Origin: Candidatus Woesearchaeota archaeon
GTDB lineage: Archaea > Nanobdellota > Nanobdellia > SCGC-AAA011-G17 > JACPNG01
Direction: 5' to 3'
Length of the DNA: 64,000 nucleotides
Assembly: GCA_964455655.1 (NCBI GenBank)
Contig: CAYVWZ010000002.1
Span: 24,502-88,501, forward strand
The position numbers and the translations under genes are program-made. The notes beneath the pieces are model-generated. The model ran no database searches. It saw only the letters and a program-made list of their open reading frames with translations, and was not told the DNA's origin. This document shows, piece by piece, positions 19,024-30,012 of this stretch. Each line of letters opens with the position of its first letter. The first letter of the stretch is position 1.

Positions 19024-21284
19024 AAAAAACAATACTCATCGCATTACTCATTATCATCTTAAGCTCTAGCACTCTCGCTGTCGCAAACTTAGAAAACTTT
19101 GCAGCACTGACCTTTAATCAATACGGAGCAATGGGAATAGAAAAAGCAACAGGAAGTAGCGAATCAGCACAACTCATCGCAAGCTTTGTTGGAGGGGACC
19201 CAACAACAGCAGCATTAAACGCATTTCTCGCACAAGCAGGAAAGAAAGATCCCGATATAGGACAATTACAACAACTTGCAACATGCACTGTTAACCCCCT
19301 AGGATGTGCACAAAGCCAAGTATTAGAACAAACAATGAAATCATTAACACCAGAACAAGCAAAAGCAGTAAACCTCCTAAGTCAAGTCCAAGGAAATGCA
19401 CAATTAGTTGAAGCACTCTTTGAAAAAGGAGAAGAAGGAACCGCAAGTGTTACCGAAAAAGGAGATCTAATCCTTAAAGATGATAAAGGAAATATTCGTT
19501 TACGCCTACCACCAGATACAAAAATAGAACAGGATAAAGAAAATCCTAACAAATATACTTTAAATTCCATGCAAGGAAAAGAAGCGCACTTCTTAGATCA
19601 AACAATAAGTGGTGCTGAAAGCTTAACACTCACTAGAAATCCAGAATTAGGAATAGAAACCATCACCATAACAAAAGGAACCAGTATAACTTATTGTACT
19701 GAGACAGGAACAAATTGTTTAAGTAATCTTGGAGAAGGAACAATCATAACCTCTCACATTATCGATAGAGCTGATGGAAAAAAAGCTACACTTCTCGCTA
19801 GACTACAAACAAAACTTGAGAAAGATACTCCTCACATCACCATCGACGGATATACCTATGATGACCTCAAGAAAGGAGATGTCATTAACTTTGCACGCTC
19901 TGACAATGGACCTAACGAACTAAGAATGATCAGAGCAAATGACGCGTATTCTTTAATGCTCGATGACCAAAAAACAGTCTATGGAAGCTTCGCAATCACA
20001 CGAGAATCAGGAAGAGATCAATACATGACATTATTCACCGGAAGCAGACTTGATACCAACGCAGGAATACCCAATAATGATGTAAGCATTCAAACAAAAG
20101 AACCAATCTACATCAATCTCAATGCAAACAATCTCAATAACTGCGGAGAACGCTGTGCAATAAGCATTATTGGAAATAAATTAACATCAGAACAACTCTC
20201 ACCCTTAACCACTATAATAAAAAAAATTAATGGAGCAGAAGCATACAAACTGACCCAAGCATCAGGATTCACCGTATTTTTAGATAGCAATACTATAAAC
20301 TTCAAAGAGAACGCAGACGCAAGAATAGAAACACAGGGAATAGAATATCACTTCCATAACGGAATGCTCAATCCTGTAACTATAGGAGAAACAGCAATCA
20401 CAAAAAATCTCAAAAACCATCCGACCATCACCTATACTGATATGAACGGACATCAAATGTCAGCAGCACCAACTCAAAGAGGAAATGATATACTCATAGG
20501 ATTTGCTCTAGAAAATGGAGAACTACAAAACACCTTCGCAGTAGAAGAACCCCTACCTGTAGAAGAAAAAGCTATTGATGAACTCCTTGAAAGAGACCAA
20601 GTAACTGCAGAAGAAATGCCTTGGAGCCTCCCACTCGTTACAGAATATTCTTGTAAAGATGGAACAAGAGTTGTATCTAAATCTGTCCACCAACATGATT
20701 CTGTATTCACTGAAGTTGCACCACGTTATGGATACGACCCATCAATACCAAAAGTCGTAATGGATTTAGAATCAAGCGGAAGACCCACAGCATTATCCCC
20801 TCAAGGAGCATATGGACTTATGCAGATCCAAGACCCTACCATGAGAGGACTATTACGAAAACCAACAGGAGACATGTGTAACTCCCTAGGAAAAGTTCAA
20901 GACACAAAACCAGGAATTTACTGCGCATGTAAATTTGATCAATACCCACCAGTAGGAGACTCAAAAAAACTTAGAGAACAAGCAAAACCAGCAGTAGATA
21001 GAGCACTCTGCTATTTACGATACAATGAAGCTGTTTTCATAGAAAAAGGAATTCTAAAAGAAACCGATTCCCAAGAAAAGAAATTAGCATTCTCTCTTGC
21101 AGCATACAATGCAGGACCTGATAAAGTTGAAAAATATGGAGGAGTACCACCATTCAAAGAAACACAGAAATTTGTAGAATGTATAACAAACTATGCAAGT
21201 TCTGTTCAATTAGCACGCACAGACCTCTTAGCTGGACAACAAATAGCTAGTGCTAGACCACCACCAACATCATCAGGCGGTTAG
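19020..21284 (+). CDS. large secreted protein with C-terminal lytic transglycosylase (SLT) domain
   Basis: Signal peptide [25 protein letters not shown] motifs [34 protein letters not shown] and [12 protein letters not shown]. Confidence 0.7.
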   Translation: MKKTILIALLIIILSSSTLAVANLENFAALTFNQYGAMGIEKATGSSESAQLIASFVGGDPTTAALNAFLAQAGKKDPDIGQLQQLATCTVNPLGCAQSQVLEQTMKSLTPEQAKAVNLLSQVQGNAQLVEALFEKGEEGTASVTEKGDLILKDDKGNIRLRLPPDTKIEQDKENPNKYTLNSMQGKEAHFLDQTISGAESLTLTRNPELGIETITITKGTSITYCTETGTNCLSNLGEGTIITSHIIDRADGKKATLLARLQTKLEKDTPHITIDGYTYDDLKKGDVINFARSDNGPNELRMIRANDAYSLMLDDQKTVYGSFAITRESGRDQYMTLFTGSRLDTNAGIPNNDVSIQTKEPIYINLNANNLNNCGERCAISIIGNKLTSEQLSPLTTIIKKINGAEAYKLTQASGFTVFLDSNTINFKENADARIETQGIEYHFHNGMLNPVTIGETAITKNLKNHPTITYTDMNGHQMSAAPTQRGNDILIGFALENGELQNTFAVEEPLPVEEKAIDELLERDQVTAEEMPWSLPLVTEYSCKDGTRVVSKSVHQHDSVFTEVAPRYGYDPSIPKVVMDLESSGRPTALSPQGAYGLMQIQDPTMRGLLRKPTGDMCNSLGKVQDTKPGIYCACKFDQYPPVGDSKKLREQAKPAVDRALCYLRYNEAVFIEKGILKETDSQEKKLAFSLAAYNAGPDKVEKYGGVPPFKETQKFVECITNYASSVQLARTDLLAGQQIASARPPPTSSGG

Positions 21285-22126
21285 CGTAGAATTAACAATA
21301 CAAGATTACCTAACCATAACGTTATGATCAATGCAATAAAGAACGAAGGAACAAACGGAATACCATCCTTTACAAGAACTCTTTTTACTTTTAATTTCTT
21401 TAATAAATTCATTTGCTGCTTAGAAACACCAGGTTCTTTCATTGAATAAATTAATTTACCTTTTACAATAACATCTTCAGCAATCCAATCACCCTCTGTA
21501 AGATTTTTTACTTTCAAACGCCTAAACATACACGTTGTTTCTACTGTTTTAACAAAGAGATAGAGAACAACATACCCCATAGATATTCCCCCAAGTATTA
21601 AGAATAATGTGCTATAAATAGTATTTCTCACTGCAAAACTTCCAAGAAGAAATAATACCCCTAAACCACTAAACACCTCACACTGAACTCTAACCTCTTT
21701 AAAGATTCTTTTCAGACCATTGAAGAAATGCCTATGATAACGAATAGCAAGATATATACTCCATACAATTCCATACCCTGCTCCAACAATAACTAGATTT
21801 ACTAAGAAATGAAATAAAAACCATGGTACTATAGAAATAGAACCAAACAATGCTCCAACACCCATCAATAATTTTGTGTCTCCACCACCCCATTGTCGAG
21901 AATAGTACAATCCTTCACCAATAATAGCCATTACTGCTAGACCAACTAAACCAGCAAAAAACATCATCACATCATGTTCAACAATAGCACCAATAGCTCT
22001 TATACCAAGCCCTGCAGCAATTAAACTAAAACTAATCCAATTAGGAATTTCACGACGCTCAATATCCGTTATAGAACCAGCAAATAATCCAACAAGGCCT
22101 ACAATAATAAGAATAAGCTCAATCAC
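21281..22126 (-). CDS. archaeal prepilin/preflagellin peptidase (A24 family, PibD/FlaK-like)
   Basis: Polytopic membrane protein with the two Asp motifs ([12 protein letters not shown] and GGGDTKLL, the GxGD type). Confidence 0.7.
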   Translation of the reverse strand: MIELILIIVGLVGLFAGSITDIERREIPNWISFSLIAAGLGIRAIGAIVEHDVMMFFAGLVGLAVMAIIGEGLYYSRQWGGGDTKLLMGVGALFGSISIVPWFLFHFLVNLVIVGAGYGIVWSIYLAIRYHRHFFNGLKRIFKEVRVQCEVFSGLGVLFLLGSFAVRNTIYSTLFLILGGISMGYVVLYLFVKTVETTCMFRRLKVKNLTEGDWIAEDVIVKGKLIYSMKEPGVSKQQMNLLKKLKVKRVLVKDGIPFVPSFFIALIITLWLGNLVLLILR

Positions 22127-22431
22127 TTTCTCTTACGAGGCTTAGAACTCTTACGCTTTTTGGAAGAACGCTTTGGTTTGTCTTCAACAGCATGCTTAAT
22201 ATTTTCCGCAAACACCCTACTCTCCTGAGCAGCAGCTTTCTTTATTTTTGGCGCTTGCGTTTTTAGTTCTGCATTAATCTTATGGCCCACGCGACGTCCT
22301 TCTTGTAGAGATTCACGCGCAACATTTTTTGCAACACGACGAGCTCTCGGAGAAATTAAATGATGGATATTTCTTAATCCACGTTTTAACGTCGCGATAA
22401 CCATAAGTTCACCTCTTCTTCTCCCGCGCAA
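22123..22431 (-). CDS. hypothetical highly basic protein
   Basis: 102 aa, Lys/Arg-rich. Overlaps neighbouring genes on the same strand. Confidence 0.35.
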   Translation of the reverse strand: MRGRRRGELMVIATLKRGLRNIHHLISPRARRVAKNVARESLQEGRRVGHKINAELKTQAPKIKKAAAQESRVFAENIKHAVEDKPKRSSKKRKSSKPRKRK

Positions 22432-24070
22432 TTGAAATCATCAGGATAAACAACGTAATAATAGCCATTATTAATAAAACTATCGCTAAAATAGGAATGT
22501 TTTGATATAACGGAGGAAGCTTTGCAAGAATAACTAATGCTGCACCAACAACAAACGCCGCAATTAAAATACTGAACGTAATACGACTCGCAGAACGATC
22601 AATCTCAACACCTAACTCTTCAACTTCTGTATCATCAATTCTTATATTCACTCCCCTATTCCTAATCTGATCTAACGTTTTCTTCATATCTTGAGGAAGA
22701 TCAACTAATGCTTCAGTAACTTCCATAAATCTTTGTTGAACATTCTTTAACATTTTTCTTGATTTAATACGACGCATCATTAATTTTTCAACAAATGGTT
22801 TTGATTCTTTAACAAAATTAAATGTTGGATCAATTTCCTTACCCATACCCTCAATGGTAATAACAGCCTTCACTAACAACACAAATGAAGGTGGCAAGGT
22901 CATCTTGTACTTACGAGCTAATTCCAATAAATCATACATGACATCAGAAATAGGCATTTGTTGTAACGAAACATTATGATATTTTCCAAGTCTAAATGAC
23001 AAATCCTGATGGAATAATTCAAGATCAACATTCTGACCAACAAAACCCAAATCTTCTAAAGATGCAGCTAATAATTTGCGATCAGCATTAACCAACGCAA
23101 TAAACAATTTTTGCACACTCTTCTTCTCATCATCTTTTAATTCACCAACAATACCAAAATCTAAGTAAGCAATACGATTATCACCAATAACAAAAATATT
23201 ACCTGGATGAGGATCAGCATGGAAGAATCCTAACTCAGCAACTTGATACGTCATAGAACCAACAACATTTCTTAAAATTAATTGACGAGAAGAACGCCAC
23301 TCATTAAAATTTTTGACTTCATGTAATGATATACCATTAATGAACTCTAACACTAATACTCGCTTAGAACAATATTCAGGATAAATTCTAGGGATCTTAA
23401 CATGCTTATCACCATTATAATACTCTCCAAATCTCTGAGCATTCTTTGCTTCAACTAAGAAATTAAGCTCATTAGCAGTATAACGCTTAAACTCATCAAC
23501 AATAGCAATAGGATTAATCTGCTTACCAAACTCACTATGATTCTGAATTAATTCAGCTAAATGATGCAACAAATCAATATCAGCTTCGAAAATTTGATCA
23601 AGATTAGGACGCTGAATCTTGACAGCAACTAATTCACCCGTTACTAAACGTGCTTTGTATACCTGCGCAACAGAAGCAGAAGCAATAGGTTTCTCATCAA
23701 TAAAATCAAAAATTTTGTGAACAGGACGCTTCAGATCCTCTTCAATAATAACCTTCATTTCTTCAAAAGGAAGAGCAAGAACATTATCTTGTAATTTAGA
23801 TAACTCTTCAGAATATTCACGAGGCACTAAATCAGGACGAATAGACAATAATTGACCCAACTTTATGTACGCACCACCTAACTCCTCCATAGATAATCTT
23901 AATCGTTCAGGAAGATTCTGAGGTTTTGATGTAGAGTCAGATTTCGTCTTTGTACCAAGAGGAGAATAAAGCTTTAATTCATCAACAATCCATCCTAACT
24001 CATATTTTAAGAGAACACTAACAATCTCGCGAATACGACGAAAATCACGATATGTAGTAGTAATACTCAT
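22409..24070 (-). CDS. ABC1/UbiB-family atypical protein kinase (AarF domain)
   Basis: LGGAYIKLGQLLSIRPDLVP...ASASVAQVYKARL...VAVKIQRP...HADPHPGNI, with C-terminal TM helices. Confidence 0.85.
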   Translation of the reverse strand: MSITTTYRDFRRIREIVSVLLKYELGWIVDELKLYSPLGTKTKSDSTSKPQNLPERLRLSMEELGGAYIKLGQLLSIRPDLVPREYSEELSKLQDNVLALPFEEMKVIIEEDLKRPVHKIFDFIDEKPIASASVAQVYKARLVTGELVAVKIQRPNLDQIFEADIDLLHHLAELIQNHSEFGKQINPIAIVDEFKRYTANELNFLVEAKNAQRFGEYYNGDKHVKIPRIYPEYCSKRVLVLEFINGISLHEVKNFNEWRSSRQLILRNVVGSMTYQVAELGFFHADPHPGNIFVIGDNRIAYLDFGIVGELKDDEKKSVQKLFIALVNADRKLLAASLEDLGFVGQNVDLELFHQDLSFRLGKYHNVSLQQMPISDVMYDLLELARKYKMTLPPSFVLLVKAVITIEGMGKEIDPTFNFVKESKPFVEKLMMRRIKSRKMLKNVQQRFMEVTEALVDLPQDMKKTLDQIRNRGVNIRIDDTEVEELGVEIDRSASRITFSILIAAFVVGAALVILAKLPPLYQNIPILAIVLLIMAIITLFILMISIAREKKR

Positions 24071-24122
24071 TACTTGGGAACAGCGCAGAATCCCTTAAAA
24101 AGATTTCCACCTTCAAAACACT

Positions 24123-25190
24123 ATGATTAGTATCATTGGAGCAGGACCAGCCGGAGGATATTTAGCACAACTTCTCACACAGCAAGGAAGAGACGTAACC
24201 GTCTATGAAGAACATCAAACTATAGGAAAACCTATCCAATGCACAGGAATTATGAGTGGAATGCTTGAAGATATTATTCCTATCAAGAAAGAATATTTAG
24301 TCAACACTATTAGCAAAGTAAGAATACACTCTCCTAATGGAAAAACATTAACTTTAGATTTGAAAAGACCAAACTATATTGTAGATAGAACATTATTTGA
24401 TCAATACTTTCACAAACAAGCAAAGAAACAAGGAGCAACATACAAACTAGGATACCGATTAACAGAATTAGAACAAGGAAAAGAAATCAAATTAAAATTT
24501 AGTAACGGAACAGAAGAAAAAACAGACATCTTAGTCGGAGCTGACGGATTCAAGAGCACCGTAGCAAGACTCATTGGAGAAAAATACGAAACTATCGTAG
24601 GAATACAGGGAAGATACGAAGGAAACTTTGATCCAGATACTTTTGAAGTATATTTAGGCTATGGAACATTCGGATGGAGTGTACCAGAAAATAAGAACAT
24701 AAGCAGAATAGGACTAGGAAATTATGGACATTCTCTACCATTATTACAAGACATGACAAAAGATATGAATTTGAAGTTTATAGAATGGCAATCAGGACCA
24801 ATACCTGTCTATAATCCGTCCATGAACATACAACATGATAATATTTACTTGTTAGGAGACGCAGCAAGCCATGTTAAAGCAACTACCTTTGGCGGTATTG
24901 TATATGGATTAATGGGCGCACAAGAATTGAGTAACGTATTAGTTCAAGGTGGAAACTATCAACGACAATGCAAACAACGATTCGGAACGGACTTATTATT
25001 ATCATTATGGATGCATAGAATGATGAAGAAATTTAGCAAAGAAGACTACAATCACTTAGTAGAATTATTCTTGAAAGAAAAACCAAGAAAAATCATAGAA
25101 ACACACGAACGAGATACACCGAGCAAGTTTGTATTAAAATTAGCACTAGCAGAACCAAGATTATTATGGTATGCGAGGAAACTCTTCTAA
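24123..25190 (+). CDS. geranylgeranyl reductase family FAD-dependent oxidoreductase
   Basis: MISIIGAGPAGGYLA...VTVYEE is a Rossmann FAD motif. The CTG..GADG pattern is typical of archaeal lipid GGR. Confidence 0.7.
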   Translation: MISIIGAGPAGGYLAQLLTQQGRDVTVYEEHQTIGKPIQCTGIMSGMLEDIIPIKKEYLVNTISKVRIHSPNGKTLTLDLKRPNYIVDRTLFDQYFHKQAKKQGATYKLGYRLTELEQGKEIKLKFSNGTEEKTDILVGADGFKSTVARLIGEKYETIVGIQGRYEGNFDPDTFEVYLGYGTFGWSVPENKNISRIGLGNYGHSLPLLQDMTKDMNLKFIEWQSGPIPVYNPSMNIQHDNIYLLGDAASHVKATTFGGIVYGLMGAQELSNVLVQGGNYQRQCKQRFGTDLLLSLWMHRMMKKFSKEDYNHLVELFLKEKPRKIIETHERDTPSKFVLKLALAEPRLLWYARKLF

Positions 25191-26233
25191 AGCTTATACC
25201 TCAACAATGCAGCAATACCACCAAGACCAGATAATTGTTTACCTGCATCATGCTCTGAAGAAATAATCATTACAGAACCTTTTGTTTGCTCAACAGTTTT
25301 CATGATTAACTCCAACGGCTCAAATGTATTCTCTTCCCTCGACTTACGTAATAACTCTTCAGCAACAATTAGTTCTTTTACAGCACCTGCCATAGCAGCA
25401 CTTTCTACAGCTTTCATACCATACGCAACAGGTCCATCTTTTTGAATCTCTTTAAGAACTTCTTCCACAACTTTTGCTTCACGAATAACCCTCTCTTGTT
25501 GCAGTACTTTTCTTACCTCATCACGAGAAACGAGTTCTTGTAAACCAGATTTACCAACACTGCTTGTTGTTGCAAGAACCATCTTCTTAGAAACTTTAGG
25601 ATTTATTTTTTCAACACGTTTCAAAATTTCATCTTTCCAAAATGCTGGAGAACCAACAACAATATACTCAGGAGTTAAACGATTATCATAATCAACAATC
25701 TCTTTCGCAATCAATCCAAAAAAATCTTCGCGAATATCTTCAGACATTAATTTTTTAGCAACAGCACCAGAAATTTCTGATAACGTTTCAACTCCGAATT
25801 GTCTTAACACTCCGAATGCAGCTTCACCACGATCAGCAACAACTAATAACACTTTAGGAATATCACGAGTCGCTTCTTCAATGCGATCAACTTGGAATTG
25901 TAACCATTCTTTTTTTATGATCGTAATAATAGAACCAATCTCGATCGTAATAGACTGATACGAACCTTTAGGAATATCTTCAGTTTCTGAAACAACTTTT
26001 CCTAGAACACGTAAGCATTCCATACCAAACTCTAACTTTTCTGTTTCAATTTCTAGAGTATAAGTTTTTTTAACAACCTTTGAAGTGTCCTCACCTAATT
26101 TTACTTTACGAGAAGTTTTCCCTTTTACAACATCATGAGCATCAACAACCTGAGAAACATACCACAAATCATCAAGACTTACAATTTCTACAATGATCAC
26201 ACCATGCTTCAAATCCTTCTTAATGAGCTTCAT
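25187..26233 (-). CDS. pelA: mRNA surveillance protein Pelota (Dom34)
   Basis: MKLIKKDLKHGVIIVEIVSLDDLWYVSQVVDAHDVV matches the Pelota N-terminus. About 350 aa with eRF1-like domains. Confidence 0.8.
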   Translation of the reverse strand: MKLIKKDLKHGVIIVEIVSLDDLWYVSQVVDAHDVVKGKTSRKVKLGEDTSKVVKKTYTLEIETEKLEFGMECLRVLGKVVSETEDIPKGSYQSITIEIGSIITIIKKEWLQFQVDRIEEATRDIPKVLLVVADRGEAAFGVLRQFGVETLSEISGAVAKKLMSEDIREDFFGLIAKEIVDYDNRLTPEYIVVGSPAFWKDEILKRVEKINPKVSKKMVLATTSSVGKSGLQELVSRDEVRKVLQQERVIREAKVVEEVLKEIQKDGPVAYGMKAVESAAMAGAVKELIVAEELLRKSREENTFEPLELIMKTVEQTKGSVMIISSEHDAGKQLSGLGGIAALLRYKL

Positions 26234-26288
26234 AGACTAGGCAATCACAGCAAGGTTTATAAAGATCGGGGATGATTTTCAAGAAGTC

Positions 26289-27584
26289 ATGCTTCGTAAC
26301 AAAAAAGGTGTTGTAACTCCTACTGCTGGAACTGACATTGCAGCGCTTGTTCTTCTCATAGGACTTTTCATTGTAGCATATGTTCTTCTCCTTCCTCCCG
26401 CAGATCGTGATCAACTTCTTAAAGAAAATCCAAACTACAGAGATGGAAATGGAAGTTATGGTGATTATGGCCCCATTAACGGAATAAGTTTACTCAGCGC
26501 AATACCCGGAGAACTACATCCCTTTGAAAGAAACACTATCAAAAGAGATTTTCCACCAGCAATACTTTTCACAAGAGCAGAATCTAGCACTCTTAATTTA
26601 GCAACAGCATTAGAAGTAAAAAAATCACCCTTTAGCGAACAAACAAAGACCTACACCTTCTCAGCAGATAGACTAGAAGATATTACCGGAGCAAAACTCT
26701 ACTTCTTCATAGAAGAAGGAGACGGCACATTCTACATAGAACTTAATGGACAAACCATCTTTGAACAAGAAATAGGAAGCAACGATATCCCCATTGACAT
26801 CCCCGCAAACGCACTACGCGCAAACAATAACTTAAAGATGGGAGTGAGAGGAAGCTTATGGGAAGGATACAAACTCAAAAATGTCTACATCAAGTTTGAT
26901 AAAAACTACGCAAACACCATCGTACGAAGAAGCTTTGAACTAAGCCCAAATGAACGAAACGGCGTAGAAAGCGCAAAACTCAGTTATTATCTTAATTGTA
27001 TAAAAATAGCACAAAACGGCTACTTAACCATACTCCTCAATGATAGAATACTCAAATCAGACTTTGTTGTCTGCGATGTAGGAAAACAAACAATAGACCT
27101 ACCAAGAGAAAAACTACGAACAGGAACAAACAATCTCGAATTTAGAATAGATCAAGGAGACTATGAATTAAACGACCTTACTCTTGAAGTAAAGACAGGA
27201 CAAGCAAGCTATCCAACCTACAACTTTGAAGTTGATGATGACTACTACTTCGATATTAATACAGACTGCTTCGCAAGCTGTAGAGATAATTGTTATGATG
27301 ATTGTGGAAGCGACAACGACTGCTTCGATGTATGCCTCGATGACTGCGACGCAGAATGCTCAAGAGGAGAAGTAGTACTTGAAATACGATTCGTTAATGA
27401 TGAAGACAATAGAAGAAAGAAAGGATCAATAACTATCAATGATAATCAAATTAATTTCAATACAGACGATACACTCTACACAAGAGATATTACAGACACC
27501 ATACGAAGAGGAGATAACGTACTCAAAATAATACCCCAAAGTGATATGGAAATCGCAGATCTCAGAGTCGTGCTTATACGATAA
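26289..27584 (+). CDS. hypothetical membrane-anchored secreted protein with a compact acidic Cys-rich module
   Basis: N-terminus MLRNKKG-VVTPTAGTDIAALVLLIGLFIVAYVLLL is a possible class III signal. Internal module CFASCRDNCYDDCGSDNDCFDVCLDDCDAECS. Confidence 0.45.
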   Translation: MLRNKKGVVTPTAGTDIAALVLLIGLFIVAYVLLLPPADRDQLLKENPNYRDGNGSYGDYGPINGISLLSAIPGELHPFERNTIKRDFPPAILFTRAESSTLNLATALEVKKSPFSEQTKTYTFSADRLEDITGAKLYFFIEEGDGTFYIELNGQTIFEQEIGSNDIPIDIPANALRANNNLKMGVRGSLWEGYKLKNVYIKFDKNYANTIVRRSFELSPNERNGVESAKLSYYLNCIKIAQNGYLTILLNDRILKSDFVVCDVGKQTIDLPREKLRTGTNNLEFRIDQGDYELNDLTLEVKTGQASYPTYNFEVDDDYYFDINTDCFASCRDNCYDDCGSDNDCFDVCLDDCDAECSRGEVVLEIRFVNDEDNRRKKGSITINDNQINFNTDDTLYTRDITDTIRRGDNVLKIIPQSDMEIADLRVVLIR

Positions 27585-27638
27585 ACTTTATAAATTCCAA
27601 GACAACAAATAACATTCATTAAAAAGAGGCAAAAAACG

Positions 27639-28586
27639 GTGAAAAAAATACTCATTGCAATTTCAATAACATTACTTCTTATTCTTACTGCATGTACCAA
27701 CTCTGGAAATAGCTCATTACCAACAGGAAGATATGTTGGAGGAGATGAAGGATTAACAATCTCTTTCGTAGAAGGAGAACCACCAGAATCAGTACTCGAT
27801 GATGGACAAGAATCATTCGATATAACACTCCTTGCAGAAAATACAGGAGAAGAAGACATTGCACCAGGACAAATCATCGTCACACTCAACGGAATAGAAC
27901 AAAACGCATTCAAACTACGAAGCTTAACAGAAAGAAACGATATTGAAGTTCTCGGCGTAAAAAAACTTAGAGACAGAATACAAGACGGAGAAAGCACAGA
28001 AGTACGATTCAAAGATGCAAGCTATCAAGACCTACTACCATTTGACTTCCCCGTAGACCTACGCGCAGACGTATGCTATGAATACGGAACAACAGCAGTA
28101 GCAGACGTATGCCTCAAAAGCGAAGCAAGCGATAGAAAAGCAGATGACCAATGTGATATTGACAACGATGCTATCAATGTAGAAAACTCAGGAGCACCAG
28201 TTCATGTTGAACAATTCACTCAAAGAGCAAGAGGAAGCGAAGCAATACAATTCACCTTCGATGTTGTAAAAGTAGGAAGTGGAGACGTATTCCCCACAGG
28301 AACCTTTAGCGACTCATGCGGAATTAATTCTGATGTAGATGATCAAGTTAATGTTAATGTAGCATTCTTATCACGAAGTAATAATCCCACCATTGACTGT
28401 TCAACACTCAATGGAGACACAGGAGTTGTACGATTAATCTCAGGAAAGAAAACAGTACGCTGTACCGTAAGCACATCAGGATTACAAGACATTGCATTCG
28501 AAAGACCATTGAGAATCAAACTAGACTATGTCTACAAAGACAGCATTGAAGCAAACTTCTTAGTAGAAAGCACAGAAGACCAATAA
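27639..28586 (+). CDS. hypothetical lipoprotein
   Basis: MKKILIAISITLLLILTAC lipobox-like signal. Confidence 0.5.
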   Translation: MKKILIAISITLLLILTACTNSGNSSLPTGRYVGGDEGLTISFVEGEPPESVLDDGQESFDITLLAENTGEEDIAPGQIIVTLNGIEQNAFKLRSLTERNDIEVLGVKKLRDRIQDGESTEVRFKDASYQDLLPFDFPVDLRADVCYEYGTTAVADVCLKSEASDRKADDQCDIDNDAINVENSGAPVHVEQFTQRARGSEAIQFTFDVVKVGSGDVFPTGTFSDSCGINSDVDDQVNVNVAFLSRSNNPTIDCSTLNGDTGVVRLISGKKTVRCTVSTSGLQDIAFERPLRIKLDYVYKDSIEANFLVESTEDQ

Positions 28587-28596
28587 CTTTATTCTC

Positions 28597-29046
28597 ATGT
28601 CTCACATTAATTGGAAAAACAAGTGCTGGGTAACAACAATCTTCTTAGTACATAATAACAGAGTTCTTCTTACTTGGAATAAAAACGTTCAAACATGGAT
28701 ACCTGTAGGAGGTCACATCGATGAAGGAGAAACACCACAGGAAGCAATACGAAGAGAAGTAGCAGAAGAAACAGGATTCGAATTCGAATTTGTGTACAAC
28801 AAACCTTTGAAAGAAGGAGCAGTAGACATTGTACCCTTACATCGTGTTCATATAGACTATCCACCACATCACGGAGCACACATAAACTTCGTGTTTATAG
28901 GAAAATGCACTCAAGTTAATATGGAACAACAAGAAACTGATGAACAAGAAAAACTAAAATGGTTTACAGAAGAAGAAATACGTAATGATCCCATTATGCT
29001 CGAAAGTATACAAAATGTTGCACTCGAAGCATTAAAACAAGTTTAA
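28597..29046 (+). CDS. NUDIX hydrolase
   Basis: Nudix box GGHIDEGETPQEAIRREVAEETG. Confidence 0.85.
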   Translation: MSHINWKNKCWVTTIFLVHNNRVLLTWNKNVQTWIPVGGHIDEGETPQEAIRREVAEETGFEFEFVYNKPLKEGAVDIVPLHRVHIDYPPHHGAHINFVFIGKCTQVNMEQQETDEQEKLKWFTEEEIRNDPIMLESIQNVALEALKQV

Positions 29047-29825
29047 CCAATATATGTTGTTTCTTTCAAAGCACCACTTTCAAGCTTTGACTTTTGCTGA
29101 GACTTCAACTTTTCAAGCTTCGCAACTTTCTTACCAATCTCTTTCTCAATATCTTGGATTTCAGAATTTAGCTCTTTTAATTTCAATTTCATATTGAAAC
29201 GCGTATTTAAGATCTGAATAATAGCTCTTCCACCTTTAATACCTAAATATTGAGGATGACCAAGCGTTTCACCAAGCAACGCAACTGCTGGAAGATTCCA
29301 ACGTTCTGCAAGCCCTACGAGCAAACCCGTAACACCAACAATTGGTCCTACAACACCATAAATATCATATGCGAGCTTCTCACCCTTAAATGCTTTAATC
29401 ACTTTTTTATTATTTCCTGTAATATACACCTTAGGATCATTAGGAATCTCATTCAAACCAATACCACCTAATGTAATAATCTCCCTACACTTCATTTTTT
29501 TTAAGAAATCTAACAATACTTCACAAAATTCATAGCATGAACGCTCATCAATAGGTTGAATATCACCAATTAAGAACAAAAAATCTTGAGAACCAATCTT
29601 CTTATGATAAATCTCTATTAATGGAAGCTCAACAAGGTTGTCTTCATTTACAAATACAGCGTGAGGAAAATTATGAGACCATACTTGATAGACTTTTTCA
29701 GCACTAATATTATCAACAATAAAATCAGCAGCAATCTTTCCAACATTACCAATACCTGGTAATCCTTCAATAAGAATAGGGTTAGATATTTTCTTCTTCT
29801 TATATTCCTTAATAACAAAACTCAT
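29043..29825 (-). CDS. PAC2-family (proteasome assembly chaperone-like) protein
   Basis: LIEGLPGIGNVGKIAADFIV N-terminal signature. About 260 aa with a coiled-coil C-terminus. Confidence 0.45.
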   Translation of the reverse strand: MSFVIKEYKKKKISNPILIEGLPGIGNVGKIAADFIVDNISAEKVYQVWSHNFPHAVFVNEDNLVELPLIEIYHKKIGSQDFLFLIGDIQPIDERSCYEFCEVLLDFLKKMKCREIITLGGIGLNEIPNDPKVYITGNNKKVIKAFKGEKLAYDIYGVVGPIVGVTGLLVGLAERWNLPAVALLGETLGHPQYLGIKGGRAIIQILNTRFNMKLKLKELNSEIQDIEKEIGKKVAKLEKLKSQQKSKLESGALKETTYIG

Positions 29826-29856
29826 ATCGGTATCGAGAGAACACTCCTTATAAGTA

Positions 29857-30012
29857 TTATGCTTCTTTTAGCTTTGTAATACGTCTATATTTTCCTAAGC
29901 GATCTTCAGGAGAAAACTTAACAGGTTTGGTAGAAATAGTTATTTTTTTACAATTCGGACAGTTTTGTTTTAATGTAAATATATCACATAACTTACAATA
30001 GAGAATACTCAT
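29857..30012 (-). CDS. nop10: H/ACA ribonucleoprotein complex subunit Nop10 (51 aa; below the ORF-track cutoff)
   Basis: Own translation: MSILYCKLCDIFTLKQNCPNCKKITISTKPVKFSPEDRLGKYRRITKLKEA. It has the zinc ribbon plus the SPEDR..YRR motif, and lies directly downstream of aIF2-alpha as in the conserved archaeal cluster. Confidence 0.8.
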   Translation of the reverse strand: MSILYCKLCDIFTLKQNCPNCKKITISTKPVKFSPEDRLGKYRRITKLKEA

